Source: Candidatus Woesearchaeota archaeon
GTDB taxonomy: Archaea > Nanobdellota > Nanobdellia > SCGC-AAA011-G17 > PNOQ01
Length of the DNA: 64,000 nt
Direction of reading: 5' to 3'
Assembly (NCBI GenBank): GCA_964587005.1
Contig: CAZPJW010000001.1
Coordinates: 11,986-75,985 of the forward strand
This document shows positions 18,036-28,048 of the stretch, piece after piece. Position numbers and translations under genes: made by a program. Numbering within the stretch: the first letter of the stretch is position 1; every line of letters starts with the position of its first letter. A model generated the notes under the pieces. It saw nothing but the letters and a program-made list of their open reading frames with translations, had not been told where the DNA came from and made no database searches.

Positions 18036-19294
18036 AAATGTTATACTCAAAAGAAAAAATAGAAGAATATAAGGTATTGAGGAAATACTTCCTAAAAAAC
18101 AATATCCCAACGCTCCCAATAAAACTCTACACCCATGACGACGATATTGACATAGTAACCATAAATAGAAACCAATACAAAAAAGCAAAAAAACTTCTAA
18201 TAAAGCTAGGCTTCAAAGACCTAAAAAACATAAGTAGATTCAGAGAACCACTAAAAAGACAATTCATTTCAAAGGACTATAAATACATAGTTCATCTACA
18301 CTCAACTATCTCTTGGAATGGGCTAAAATATTTAGACCCAAAAATAGTTTGGAAAAGAAAAATAAAAAAATATGATATCCCAATTCCCTCGCCAGAAGAT
18401 GAGTTACTAATCATTGCAGCACACTCAGTTTTCGAAAACAAAACAATAATTTCAGACGAAAAAAAGTATCTAAAATACCTCGCACAATTCAAACTAGACT
18501 GGAATTATATAAAAAATTCAGCAAAAAAATACAATTGGGAATCCGCACTAAAATATTTTTTAACAGAAACAAAAACCAAAAATGAACTATTCAAAATAAA
18601 TAAACTTTTATTAGTCTCTTTTGATAAGTTATTCAGAGATCTACTAAACTTAAAATTAATTCAAATCCCTTGGCAACTATTCTCATATACTTTTCTAGAT
18701 TATGCATGGTGTTATAGAAACGCAAAGAAAAAAGTAAACAAGAAAAGAATTCTAGTTCTAACTGGTCTAGACGGTTCAGGAAAAACAACACAGGCAAAAT
18801 TATTACATCAATACTTAACAAAAAATAACATAAAAACAACATACAAACATCTAATAAAAAAATCAACAGCACACAAACTAAGAAAACTAGACAAAAAACA
18901 AAAAAACACAGCACTAAAAAGAACTGCAAGAAAAACTTTAGCATTCTACGATCTAATCAAATTCAAAATAGCCCTAAACAAAAACAAAGAACTAATTCTA
19001 TGTGATAGATACTTCTATGATATTCTGGTTCACATAAAATATTTCAAAGAAAAAAACAAACTATTCGAAGAAATCTATAAAAAATTCATTCCGCCAGCAA
19101 CAACAATCTTCCTAGAACTTTCCCCAGAAGAATCTCTAAAAAGAAAACCTGAAGACCCATTAGAAAAATTACAAAAAAAGTACAATCTATATTCAAAATA
19201 CAAAAACAAGTTTCATATAATTGAAACAACAACAATCCAAAAAACCCACGAGAAAATAAAAGAAATCATCGAGGAAACCTTAAATGAAGAATAA
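18032..19294 (+). CDS. Two-domain protein: unknown N-terminal domain fused to a thymidylate-kinase-like P-loop kinase
   Basis: C-terminal half has ILVLTGLDGSGKTTQAKLL (a Walker A like dTMP kinase G.DG.GKTT) and DRYFYDILVH (DRY...). N-terminal about 230 aa carries HDDDIDIV, a possible nucleotidyltransferase-like acidic motif. Embedded in the glycosylation island. Confidence 0.5.
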   Translation: MKMLYSKEKIEEYKVLRKYFLKNNIPTLPIKLYTHDDDIDIVTINRNQYKKAKKLLIKLGFKDLKNISRFREPLKRQFISKDYKYIVHLHSTISWNGLKYLDPKIVWKRKIKKYDIPIPSPEDELLIIAAHSVFENKTIISDEKKYLKYLAQFKLDWNYIKNSAKKYNWESALKYFLTETKTKNELFKINKLLLVSFDKLFRDLLNLKLIQIPWQLFSYTFLDYAWCYRNAKKKVNKKRILVLTGLDGSGKTTQAKLLHQYLTKNNIKTTYKHLIKKSTAHKLRKLDKKQKNTALKRTARKTLAFYDLIKFKIALNKNKELILCDRYFYDILVHIKYFKEKNKLFEEIYKKFIPPATTIFLELSPEESLKRKPEDPLEKLQKKYNLYSKYKNKFHIIETTTIQKTHEKIKEIIEETLNEE

Positions 19295-20168
19295 AATAAT
19301 ACAAACCTTAAAAATAACCATAATGTTAATTATATTCTCAGTAATGATTTATTATTTATCAAATAACTGGGCTTCCTTAAAAGAATACAATCTAACTTTC
19401 AATCTTGCATTCTTAATAATATCATTTGTACTCTTAGGACTTTCTCATATCCTGGCCTCAATAGGTTGGAATCTAATATTAAAATTATTAAAATCAAATA
19501 TTCCGCAAAAAAACGCTTCTGGAATCTATTTCATATCCCAATTGGGACGGTACGTCCCTGGAAAGGTTTGGTACATTCTAGGAAGAGTTGGAATGACGAG
19601 AAAATTCAACATCCCAAAAAGAATCATTCTACTTTCAGGATTTCTAGAACTAATTTTAGTGATGGCTTCCGCTTCAATAATTTTTATCTTAGCATTAATT
19701 TTCTTTCCAATAATCCCAGAAATACAAAACTACCTTCCCCACCTAACAACATTAATAATCCTCATCCTAATCGGAATTCATCCAAAATCATTAAACCTAA
19801 TATTAAAATTTCTCAAAAAAACAGAAATGAAACTCAAATTAAGCTATACAAAAATACTATTAACTTTACTTTTCTTCATAGTGATCTGGATAATCAAAGG
19901 AATAGCATTCTACTATCTAATTTCATCAATAACACTCTTAGACATTTCAAATCTATTCTGGATAATCAGCGTTTTTTCAATTTCCTGGGTCATAGGATAT
20001 TTAATTTTAATAACTCCTGGAGGAATTGGAGCAAGAGAAGGATTGATCATTTATTTACTAACTCCCTTATTCCCATTGCCCTTAACAATAGCAATCTCTC
20101 TCCTAACAAGAATTTGGATGATAATAACAGAATTCACTCTAAGTATTGTTGGTATAAAATTAAGGTAA
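19284..20168 (+). CDS. Flippase-like membrane protein (lysylphosphatidylglycerol-synthase TM region / UPF0104 family)
   Basis: 8 TM helices with the conserved C-terminal block ITPGGIGAREGLIIYLL. This family often accompanies GT2 enzymes. Confidence 0.5.
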   Translation: MKNKIIQTLKITIMLIIFSVMIYYLSNNWASLKEYNLTFNLAFLIISFVLLGLSHILASIGWNLILKLLKSNIPQKNASGIYFISQLGRYVPGKVWYILGRVGMTRKFNIPKRIILLSGFLELILVMASASIIFILALIFFPIIPEIQNYLPHLTTLIILILIGIHPKSLNLILKFLKKTEMKLKLSYTKILLTLLFFIVIWIIKGIAFYYLISSITLLDISNLFWIISVFSISWVIGYLILITPGGIGAREGLIIYLLTPLFPLPLTIAISLLTRIWMIITEFTLSIVGIKLR

Positions 20169-21848
20169 ATTAAAATAACTTAATCTCTGAGTTCCTTTGG
20201 TATACTCATAATCTTTAAACATCACCGTACTTGGATCAATTTCCGCAGCCATCTCTTGAACATTAGAGGTTCCACCATATTCAAATAAGATATAAGTTGG
20301 AGAAGTTTCCTCGCCAACTTGGTAAAATCCAACCTGGGCTATTCTAAAATTATTTTGCACATATTCCATAAACGCAGAGTCTTGTAATCTAGAAAACTCC
20401 CATTGATACAAAAATATCCATTTAAAATCGTACTCATTAACACCTAACTTAATCAACTCTAAATCATTCGGTAATCCCGTTCCTTCCCTATCTGCATGCC
20501 ATAAAGCCCCATAGCTCTGATGTTCAGAATGGAAAACTCTATCAGTTTCGCCAGCATTCTTATCAATATAATTGCCAGCAACATCCAAACCAATAAATTG
20601 AGTATCAAACATTCTATCTTTTGCATCCAAAATCCCTCCCCTATCTCCAAAAACGGGAGGATAAATCAAAAGAACAAACAAAATTAAGTAAGTAACAAAT
20701 CTCAAATAATTTTTTTTCCTATCTGTCTTAAAATAATCATTAAATAAACCAACAACAAACTTAGAAATAATTGCAAAGGCATACATCATCAAAAGCAAAA
20801 CCAGAGGAACCAAGGGATACTGGTGGTAATTATGGCCACTCAATCTCTGGGACATAATAAAAAACCAAACTACTCCACCAAGCAAATAAGACATAATGAA
20901 CTTCCTTCCAAGGGTCTTATGTTTAGATATAATGACAAACAAAACTCCTAGTAAAGCAAAAGCAATCCCTAAATAAGTAAAATTATCTGCAATATATGAT
21001 TTCAAAGGAATCCACAATTCAGAAGAAAAAGCCATAGCAAAATTAATCGTTTCCCCTGCCAAGGCCTCTTTAACTACATATTCTCCTTTCAAATTGTTAT
21101 TATACATCATCCAAATAAGAATCATAATAAAAAACGCTAAAGCAACAATAACCTGTTTACTTCTTTTCTTAACTTCTCCAAAAAATTTCTTATATGGAAA
21201 TAAAGCCAGAATAGGGAAAAACAATACGAAAAAAGTATATTTTGTTATAAAAGACAATGCAGCAAACAATGTAAATATGTAAAAATCCTTTCCCCTGTCA
21301 AATTTCTTCCACTGGATAAAATGAAAAAAACTCCCAATCATAAAAAACAGTGCAGGATTAATCAATTGCACTTGCCTTCCAAAAAAGATAGTCAAAGGAT
21401 TCAATGCAAGTAATAAAGCACCCGCTAAAGCAACATCTTCCCGCTTGAATAGTGCTTTTATCAAAAAGTAAAAATATACAACTGCCCCCAATACAAATAG
21501 AATATTAACAAATCGCGCTAAAAAAAGAGATATCCCAAAAATATTAAACAAAAACCCAACAACTAAAGAAGTAGTAGGAAAAGTATCTGGGTGTATCCCT
21601 TCATTTAATAGATTTAAATCAAAACCATCTGTTTTAGGCAACAAAAAACCATTCGCAAAAAATCCATCTTCTGCAAAGTTCCTGGCCTCACTCAAATAAT
21701 GGTATTCTTTCCAATTATGATACCCAACAACAGGGTAATCTGCGTGATATACTCTTAAAGAAAAGCCCAAAATTAAAATAAGAAATAATAACAAAAGAGA
21801 GGTATTTCTCTTAAATAGATCTGAAGAAACCCCCTTTTTCTCTGCCAT
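20160..21848 (-). CDS. GT-C superfamily membrane glycosyltransferase (ArnT/PMT-like)
   Basis: Start set at MAEKKGVSS (the track ORF begins earlier). N-terminal HNWKEYHYLSEARNF loop between TM1 and TM2. About 11 TM helices plus a C-terminal soluble domain. Confidence 0.45.
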   Translation of the reverse strand: MAEKKGVSSDLFKRNTSLLLLFLILILGFSLRVYHADYPVVGYHNWKEYHYLSEARNFAEDGFFANGFLLPKTDGFDLNLLNEGIHPDTFPTTSLVVGFLFNIFGISLFLARFVNILFVLGAVVYFYFLIKALFKREDVALAGALLLALNPLTIFFGRQVQLINPALFFMIGSFFHFIQWKKFDRGKDFYIFTLFAALSFITKYTFFVLFFPILALFPYKKFFGEVKKRSKQVIVALAFFIMILIWMMYNNNLKGEYVVKEALAGETINFAMAFSSELWIPLKSYIADNFTYLGIAFALLGVLFVIISKHKTLGRKFIMSYLLGGVVWFFIMSQRLSGHNYHQYPLVPLVLLLMMYAFAIISKFVVGLFNDYFKTDRKKNYLRFVTYLILFVLLIYPPVFGDRGGILDAKDRMFDTQFIGLDVAGNYIDKNAGETDRVFHSEHQSYGALWHADREGTGLPNDLELIKLGVNEYDFKWIFLYQWEFSRLQDSAFMEYVQNNFRIAQVGFYQVGEETSPTYILFEYGGTSNVQEMAAEIDPSTVMFKDYEYTKGTQRLSYFNLP

Positions 21849-21898
21849 AGAAAAGGTTCCTTCATAATCTATATAAAGTTTACTAAATTCCCGCAAAT

Positions 21899-22582
21899 GT
21901 GAAGAACGCACATATAATTATAGCGGCTTGGAATGAGGAGAAAAATATCGGCTCCACGATACAAGGCCTAAAAAAAGAAGGATATAATAACATCATTGTA
22001 GTGGACGATGGTTCTAAAGACAAAACCTCAGAAATAGCAGAAAAAGAAGGGGCAACAGTTTTAAGGCATATGATCAACAGAGGGCAGGGTGCAGCATTAC
22101 AAACTGGAATGACTTATTCAATCTTAAATAACGCAGAATATTTGGTGCATTTTGACGCCGATGGACAACACAATTCCAAAGAAATAAAGGATATACTCTT
22201 ACCATTAAAAAATAAAGAAGCAGAAGCAACTCTGGGTTCAAGGTTTTTGGGAGAAGAAAAGGTCCCATTCAGAAGAAAATTAACACTAAAAACCGCAATA
22301 TGGGTAATCTGGATATTTTATGGATTAAAACTAACCGACGCACACAATGGTTTCCGTGGTTTCACAAAAGAGGCAGCAAGAAAGGTAGTACTAACCTCGG
22401 ACAAGATGGAGCACGCCTCAGAAGTCATAGAAAGAATAAAGAAAAGAAATATAAAATACAAAGAAATCCCCGTAAATATAATCTATGAAGATCATCATCT
22501 AAAAGAGGGTAGAAAAGGACAAGGAAAATTTGATGCGTTCAATATTGTCCTAAAAATGTTACAAAAGAAAATATGGGAGTAA
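21899..22582 (+). CDS. GT2 glycosyltransferase (Dol-P-sugar synthase-like, soluble)
   Basis: IIAAWNEEKNI...IVVDDGSKDKT...NRGQGAALQTG...HFDADGQH are characteristic GT2 motifs. Confidence 0.7.
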   Translation: MKNAHIIIAAWNEEKNIGSTIQGLKKEGYNNIIVVDDGSKDKTSEIAEKEGATVLRHMINRGQGAALQTGMTYSILNNAEYLVHFDADGQHNSKEIKDILLPLKNKEAEATLGSRFLGEEKVPFRRKLTLKTAIWVIWIFYGLKLTDAHNGFRGFTKEAARKVVLTSDKMEHASEVIERIKKRNIKYKEIPVNIIYEDHHLKEGRKGQGKFDAFNIVLKMLQKKIWE

Positions 22583-22586
22583 AAAG

Positions 22587-22928
22587 ATGGAAACTATACA
22601 AATAATAATTTTAATTTTTAGCTTATTTGCATTAAGTAGAGTAATCATAAACATCAGACAGAGAAATTTGGGAAAACTTGAGGGAATATTCTGGCCCCTA
22701 TTCTGGATAATGGCTGCCTTTGTAGCTACATTCCCAAACATAATTGTCAGTATTGCAAATTTCTTAGGAGTTGACAGGGGAGTAGATTTAATCATCTACG
22801 GAACAATAATCATTCTAGCATACTTAATCTACCGATTATACGCACAAGTAACAACTATAGAAAGAAACATAACAAAAATAGTGAGAACAATTTCAATAAA
22901 AAAACAAAATGAAAAATCCAAAAATTAG
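22587..22928 (+). CDS. Small 3-TM membrane protein (DUF2304-like GT2 partner)
   Basis: 113 aa with three hydrophobic helices. Sandwiched between two GT2 genes, as is typical of DUF2304. Confidence 0.4.
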   Translation: METIQIIILIFSLFALSRVIINIRQRNLGKLEGIFWPLFWIMAAFVATFPNIIVSIANFLGVDRGVDLIIYGTIIILAYLIYRLYAQVTTIERNITKIVRTISIKKQNEKSKN

Positions 22929-23922
22929 TGTTCTTATACCTTGCTACAACGAAGAGAAGTACATTACAAATAGTCTAGACTCTATAATAAATCAAGACTA
23001 CAAAGGAGAAATAGAAATAATTATAGCAGACGGACACTCAACAGACAAAACGAGAGAGATAATAAAACAATTACAAAAAGTAAAAATAGAAAACAGAAAA
23101 ATAATTCTTGTAGATAACCCAAAAAAAAGCACAGCAGTAGGAAGAAATATCTGCCTTTTCAAAGCAACCGGAAAATACTCTCAAAATTTCTCAGCACACA
23201 TGTTCTTGGCACAAAAAGACATCCTATCAAAATTCGTAAATGAACTAGAAAAGGCTCCAGAAAAAGTAATCTGTGTAGGAACAAACCCAACAAGTCCAAA
23301 AAAACAAAACTTCATCCAAAAAATATCATCGGTTCTATTCCAAACTTATCTTGCAGGTGCAAAAAACCTCTACCAAAATAAAAAAGTAAGAAGTAAAACA
23401 TTTGTAAACGGTCTAACAATCGGAATGTATAGAACGGAAGCACTAAAAAAAGAAGGAGGGTTCGACCCAAAATTCTGGGTAAATCAGGATGGAGAACTCC
23501 ACTACAGATTAACAAAACTAAAAGGATACAAGCTTCTACTAATCCCAAATATCACAATTACTCAAGCAAAAAGAAGCTCACTAAAAAAACTACTAAAACA
23601 AATGTTCAGATACGGCAGAGGAGCAATGCTAAGAGTATACAAATACCCAAAATCATTCCACTTATTCCAACTAGGTCCGGCATCATTAACAATCTACTTA
23701 CTTTTCACACTAATCTCATTAATAACAATAAATCTCTTTACAAAAATTCTATTATCTGGATTAATAATTTACGCAATAATCGCAATATTTTCAACATTAC
23801 TTGCCACAAGAAACCTTTTATACATCCTACTAAGTCCAATATTCTTCCTAATTATGCACATAGCATACGGAACGGGAACAATTGTAGGATTATTCAAACC
23901 TCAAATAACGAAAAGTGAGTGA
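22909..23922 (+). CDS. GT2 glycosyltransferase with C-terminal TM helices
   Basis: ISVLIPCYNEEKYITNSLDSIINQDY...IIADGHSTDKT N-terminal GT2 fold. Three to four C-terminal TM helices. Confidence 0.65.
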   Translation: MKNPKISVLIPCYNEEKYITNSLDSIINQDYKGEIEIIIADGHSTDKTREIIKQLQKVKIENRKIILVDNPKKSTAVGRNICLFKATGKYSQNFSAHMFLAQKDILSKFVNELEKAPEKVICVGTNPTSPKKQNFIQKISSVLFQTYLAGAKNLYQNKKVRSKTFVNGLTIGMYRTEALKKEGGFDPKFWVNQDGELHYRLTKLKGYKLLLIPNITITQAKRSSLKKLLKQMFRYGRGAMLRVYKYPKSFHLFQLGPASLTIYLLFTLISLITINLFTKILLSGLIIYAIIAIFSTLLATRNLLYILLSPIFFLIMHIAYGTGTIVGLFKPQITKSE

Positions 23923-26077
23923 AATGGAAAAAATAAGATTCGGATTAGTTGGATGCGGGATGATTTCCCCAAAGCATTTCAAAGCAATAGCAGATTTGCC
24001 AGAAGCAGAATTAGTTGCAGTATGTGACACAGACAAAGAAAAGTTAAAGAACGCTTCAAACGAACAAAACTGCAAAGCATATTCAAATTATGAAGACATG
24101 GTAAACAATCCAGACATAGATGTTATTTCTATCTGCACACCAAATGGATTACACGCAGATATGTCAGTAGCCGCATTAAATGCAGGAAAACATGTTCTTT
24201 GTGAAAAACCAATGTCACTAAACATAACAGACACAAAAAGAATAATAAAAGCAGAACAAGAATCTGGAAAAAAATTCATACTCGTAAAACAAAACAGATA
24301 CAATCCGCCAGTAGCCGCCCTAAAAGACGCAGTTTACAACAACAAACTAGGAAACATCGTAATGATTGGTTCCAATGTCTATTGGAATAGAAATGATCAA
24401 TATTATGAAAACTCAAAATGGAGAGGAACAAAAGACCTAGATGGGGGAACACTATTCACTCAAGCAAGCCACTTTCTAGATTTAATGCTTTGGATAGGCG
24501 GACCGGTAGAAAGCGTACAAAGCTACATGAACAACTTCAGTCATCCACAAATTGAAATCGAAGATACTGGAGTAGTTTTAGTCAAATTCAAAAATGGAAC
24601 ACTTGGAAAAATAATATTCACAACCTGCGTATATGATCATAATCTAGAAGGAAGTATTTTTGTTTTAGGTTCAAAAGGAACAATAAAGGTAGGCGGAAAA
24701 TACCTAAACGAATTAGATCACTGGGATGTAGAAAACACAGAAAGGCCAGTATTAGAAAGCTCTGCCCCGCCAAATGAATACGGAACATACCAAGGGACAA
24801 TGTCAAATCACGACAAAGTATACAAAAACGTTCTAGAAGTTGTATTAAATAATGAAAACATAAAAGCAAACAGCATACAGGGACACGAATCTGTAGAAGT
24901 TATGCAAGCGGCTTACGAGTCTGCAAAAACAGGAAAAGAAATATTCCTTCCATTAAAAGAAGAAAATGAAATAACAGCAATCCTTCCAGCAGCAGGAAAA
25001 GGAACACGAATGTATCCCATAACAAACTCTCTACACAAATCATTAATCCACGTTAACGGAGAAACATTATTGCAAAGATCAATCTCAACATTAAAAAAAG
25101 CAGGAATAAACAAATTCATATTGGTAACTGGGCATCAAGAAGAGCAAGTAAAAAATTACATAAAAAACAATCTTTCTGAAGAAAATATTCAAACAGTAAC
25201 TCAGGAAGAAGTGCTTGGACTCCCTCACGTAATAAAAACCGCCTCACACTTAATAGATTCAGATTTCATGATTTTCTGTCCGGATAATATTTACGAAGAT
25301 CCAAAAGACATACTCAACCTAAAAGAAAATTTCCAAAAACACAAACCAATCCTTTTGCAATCTGTGACAGTAACTCCCAACTCTCAAAAAAACAGGGGAA
25401 ATCACTTCGTAAACGATCTAGAGAATATTGAAAACAATTTATTCTTAACAAAAAAACAAGAACAGACAAAAGAGGGACTTCCATTATTTACAACTGGAAT
25501 AACCTTTTTTTCAAAAAAAGTGCTAGACCTACTTCCAGATTTAAGTACTTTAACTGAAGAATATCCCTTGGCTACATTTGTTTCAAAATTAGAAGAACCA
25601 TATATGATTCAAATATTAAAAAATCTAAGACACGACATAACACAGCCTGAAGACATTGAAAAGTACACTAGACATCTCGCAATTCCAAAAACACACAAAC
25701 AAGGAATAAGCATAATCTTACTAAATAAAAATCAAGAAATCTTAATGCAGCAACGAGATAACATACCAACAATAACTTATCCTGGCTATTGGGGACTTTT
25801 CGGAGGCTCAATGGAAGACAATGAAACCCCAGAAGAAGCAATAATCCGAGAAGTAAAAGAGGAAATAAATTTCGATCTAAAAAATTTCGGACTGTTCAGA
25901 GTTTTCACACAAAACGGAAAAAAAGAATATGCATTCGTAGGTGAGATTGACAAAGAAATAGAGCAATTAAATCTAACAGAAGGCCAAAACATGAAGTTTT
26001 TTAAACCCGGGAGAATTCTCTCTCTAGACGTTAGACCAGATGATTTAGCAACAATAAAAAAATACATAGGAAAATAA
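23915..26077 (+). CDS. Tri-domain fusion: Gfo/Idh/MocA oxidoreductase + sugar-phosphate nucleotidyltransferase + NUDIX hydrolase
   Basis: Residues 1-330 have IRFGLVGCGMISPKHFKAI (a Rossmann fold) and an EKP motif (CEKPMSL). Residues 345-600 have AILPAAGKGTRMYPITNSLHKSLIHV (a G.G.R nucleotidyltransferase loop). Residues 600-720 have GYWGLFGGSMEDNETPEEAIIREVKEEINFDL (a Nudix box). Confidence 0.65.
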   Translation: MSEMEKIRFGLVGCGMISPKHFKAIADLPEAELVAVCDTDKEKLKNASNEQNCKAYSNYEDMVNNPDIDVISICTPNGLHADMSVAALNAGKHVLCEKPMSLNITDTKRIIKAEQESGKKFILVKQNRYNPPVAALKDAVYNNKLGNIVMIGSNVYWNRNDQYYENSKWRGTKDLDGGTLFTQASHFLDLMLWIGGPVESVQSYMNNFSHPQIEIEDTGVVLVKFKNGTLGKIIFTTCVYDHNLEGSIFVLGSKGTIKVGGKYLNELDHWDVENTERPVLESSAPPNEYGTYQGTMSNHDKVYKNVLEVVLNNENIKANSIQGHESVEVMQAAYESAKTGKEIFLPLKEENEITAILPAAGKGTRMYPITNSLHKSLIHVNGETLLQRSISTLKKAGINKFILVTGHQEEQVKNYIKNNLSEENIQTVTQEEVLGLPHVIKTASHLIDSDFMIFCPDNIYEDPKDILNLKENFQKHKPILLQSVTVTPNSQKNRGNHFVNDLENIENNLFLTKKQEQTKEGLPLFTTGITFFSKKVLDLLPDLSTLTEEYPLATFVSKLEEPYMIQILKNLRHDITQPEDIEKYTRHLAIPKTHKQGISIILLNKNQEILMQQRDNIPTITYPGYWGLFGGSMEDNETPEEAIIREVKEEINFDLKNFGLFRVFTQNGKKEYAFVGEIDKEIEQLNLTEGQNMKFFKPGRILSLDVRPDDLATIKKYIGK

Positions 26078-26078
26078 T

Positions 26079-26945
26079 ATGGCAACAAAATTTGAAGAAG
26101 GAGTAAGGACTCGTTTCGAAAAAAGAAAAAGAGAAGACTGGGACGGAAGAGGGAAATCCGTAACAGAAGATAGATACGGTTCTAGAAGAGGTGCTTTAGA
26201 AGATGAATTTGAAAAAGATGCTCTAAAGGCTGTCTTAAGAGGAAGAAGCTATGACTACGCTTTAGATGTCGGAATCGGAGACGGAAGATTAGCAAGAGTA
26301 TACGGCCCCCATATAAAAAGACTTCTTGGAATTGATGTATCGCCAGAACAATTAAATTATGTTGAACAAAATATAGATGGATTAGATCTTAGAGTAAGTA
26401 CAGAAGTTTGTGGTGACGCTTCAAAATTAGAAATCTTACTATATCCTGGAAAAGATGGAGCAATAGAAGGCAGGGAAGATGGAAATATAGAAATATCTTT
26501 CTACGAAAACTGGGATAATGCAGAAAGAACTCCTATTGAAAGTGAACAATTTGACTTAGTAATGTGCTCAAGAGTTCTACAACATGTATCTAGATGGAAA
26601 GATGCAATTGCAGAGCAAGCTAGAGTTCTAAAACCTGGCGGAGATTTATTACTACTATTATACAATAGATTTTCTCCATATGGCATGAAAAAACTTGTAG
26701 ATAATATTAAAGATCCAAAAAAAGGAAATTTTAGAAATCCTATAGATATAAGAATGCAATTAAGAAAAAATGGCCTAAACCCTCTCTACCACTCGGGCGC
26801 CATATTGAGTCCATTAGACCTTTTCCCAAAAGACCTTTCAGAAGGCCAAGAAAAATTTGCAAGAAGAGTAGAACAACTTGCCGGCATATCTCCATTTAAG
26901 TTCTTCGGAGCAAGACAAGTTATCCTAGCTAGAAAAGAATCATAA
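26079..26945 (+). CDS. Class I SAM-dependent methyltransferase
   Basis: Motif I LDVGIGDGRLARVY and post-I acidic residue LGIDVS. Motif II region CSRVLQHV. Confidence 0.55.
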   Translation: MATKFEEGVRTRFEKRKREDWDGRGKSVTEDRYGSRRGALEDEFEKDALKAVLRGRSYDYALDVGIGDGRLARVYGPHIKRLLGIDVSPEQLNYVEQNIDGLDLRVSTEVCGDASKLEILLYPGKDGAIEGREDGNIEISFYENWDNAERTPIESEQFDLVMCSRVLQHVSRWKDAIAEQARVLKPGGDLLLLLYNRFSPYGMKKLVDNIKDPKKGNFRNPIDIRMQLRKNGLNPLYHSGAILSPLDLFPKDLSEGQEKFARRVEQLAGISPFKFFGARQVILARKES

Positions 26946-28042
26946 TGAAAATTCCATTAGTTGATCTAAAAGCAAACTACGATTCAATAAAAGAGGAGAT
27001 AGACGAAACAATAAAACAAACGATAGATAATTCTACTTTTATTATGGGACAACCAGTAAAAGAGTTTGATAAAAACTGGGCAGAATATTGTAATTCACAA
27101 TTTTCATTTGGAGTAGCAAATGGAACAGAAGCAATAAGACTTTCACTAATAGCCTTAGGGATAAAACAAGGCGATGAAGTAATAACTTCTCCAAACACAT
27201 TCATAGCAACAACAGAAGCAATCTCATCACTGGGAGCAACTCCTGTTTTTGTAGATATAGACGAAACAACTTTCACAATAAATCCCGATTTAATAGAAGA
27301 AAAAATAACTCCAAGAACAAAAGCAATAATTCCTGTTCATTTATACGGACATCCATGCGATATGGAAAAAATAATAGAAATCGCAAGAAAAAGAGATATA
27401 AAAATCCTTGAAGACTGCGCACAATCTCACGGAGCAACATTCAAAGGCAAAAAAACAGGAACCCTTGGAAACATAGCTGGCTTCTCAATGTTCCCTGCAA
27501 AAATTTTGGGTGCTTTCGGAGACGCAGGAGCAATAATAACAGATGACGAAAGACTTGCTGAAAAAATAAATCTACTAAGAAATCACGGAAGATTTTCAAA
27601 ATATGAACATCTACAAGAAGGATTTAATTCAAGAATAGATGCACTTCAAGCAAACATTCTAAATGTAAAATTAAAACATCTTGATATTTGGATTGAAAAA
27701 AGAAGACAACTTGCAAGCAAATACAAAGAAGAACTATTAGAAGTTGTAACCTGTCCAAGAGAAAAAGACTGGGCAAAACATTCCTACTACATGTATGTCA
27801 TAAGAACAGAAAAAAGAGATGAATTAAAAGAATTTTTAGAACAAAATGAAATCTCTTGTCAAATCCATTACCCAATTCCTTTACATTTACAACCCGCATA
27901 CAAACATCTTAATTACAAAGAAGGAGATTTCCCAATAACAGAAAAAGTAGCAAAAGAAATTTTATCTATTCCTTTATACCCTGAATTAACAGAAGAACAA
28001 CAGAATTACATAATTTCTAAGATAAAGGACTTCTTTTCATAG
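26945..28042 (+). CDS. DegT/DnrJ/EryC1/StrS family PLP-dependent sugar aminotransferase
   Basis: Full-length family fold with MKIPLVDLKANY, the GDEVITSPNTFIAT block, and the FSMFPAKILGAFGDAGAI block containing the Schiff-base Lys region. Confidence 0.75.
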   Translation: MKIPLVDLKANYDSIKEEIDETIKQTIDNSTFIMGQPVKEFDKNWAEYCNSQFSFGVANGTEAIRLSLIALGIKQGDEVITSPNTFIATTEAISSLGATPVFVDIDETTFTINPDLIEEKITPRTKAIIPVHLYGHPCDMEKIIEIARKRDIKILEDCAQSHGATFKGKKTGTLGNIAGFSMFPAKILGAFGDAGAIITDDERLAEKINLLRNHGRFSKYEHLQEGFNSRIDALQANILNVKLKHLDIWIEKRRQLASKYKEELLEVVTCPREKDWAKHSYYMYVIRTEKRDELKEFLEQNEISCQIHYPIPLHLQPAYKHLNYKEGDFPITEKVAKEILSIPLYPELTEEQQNYIISKIKDFFS

Positions 28043-28048
28043 CCCACC

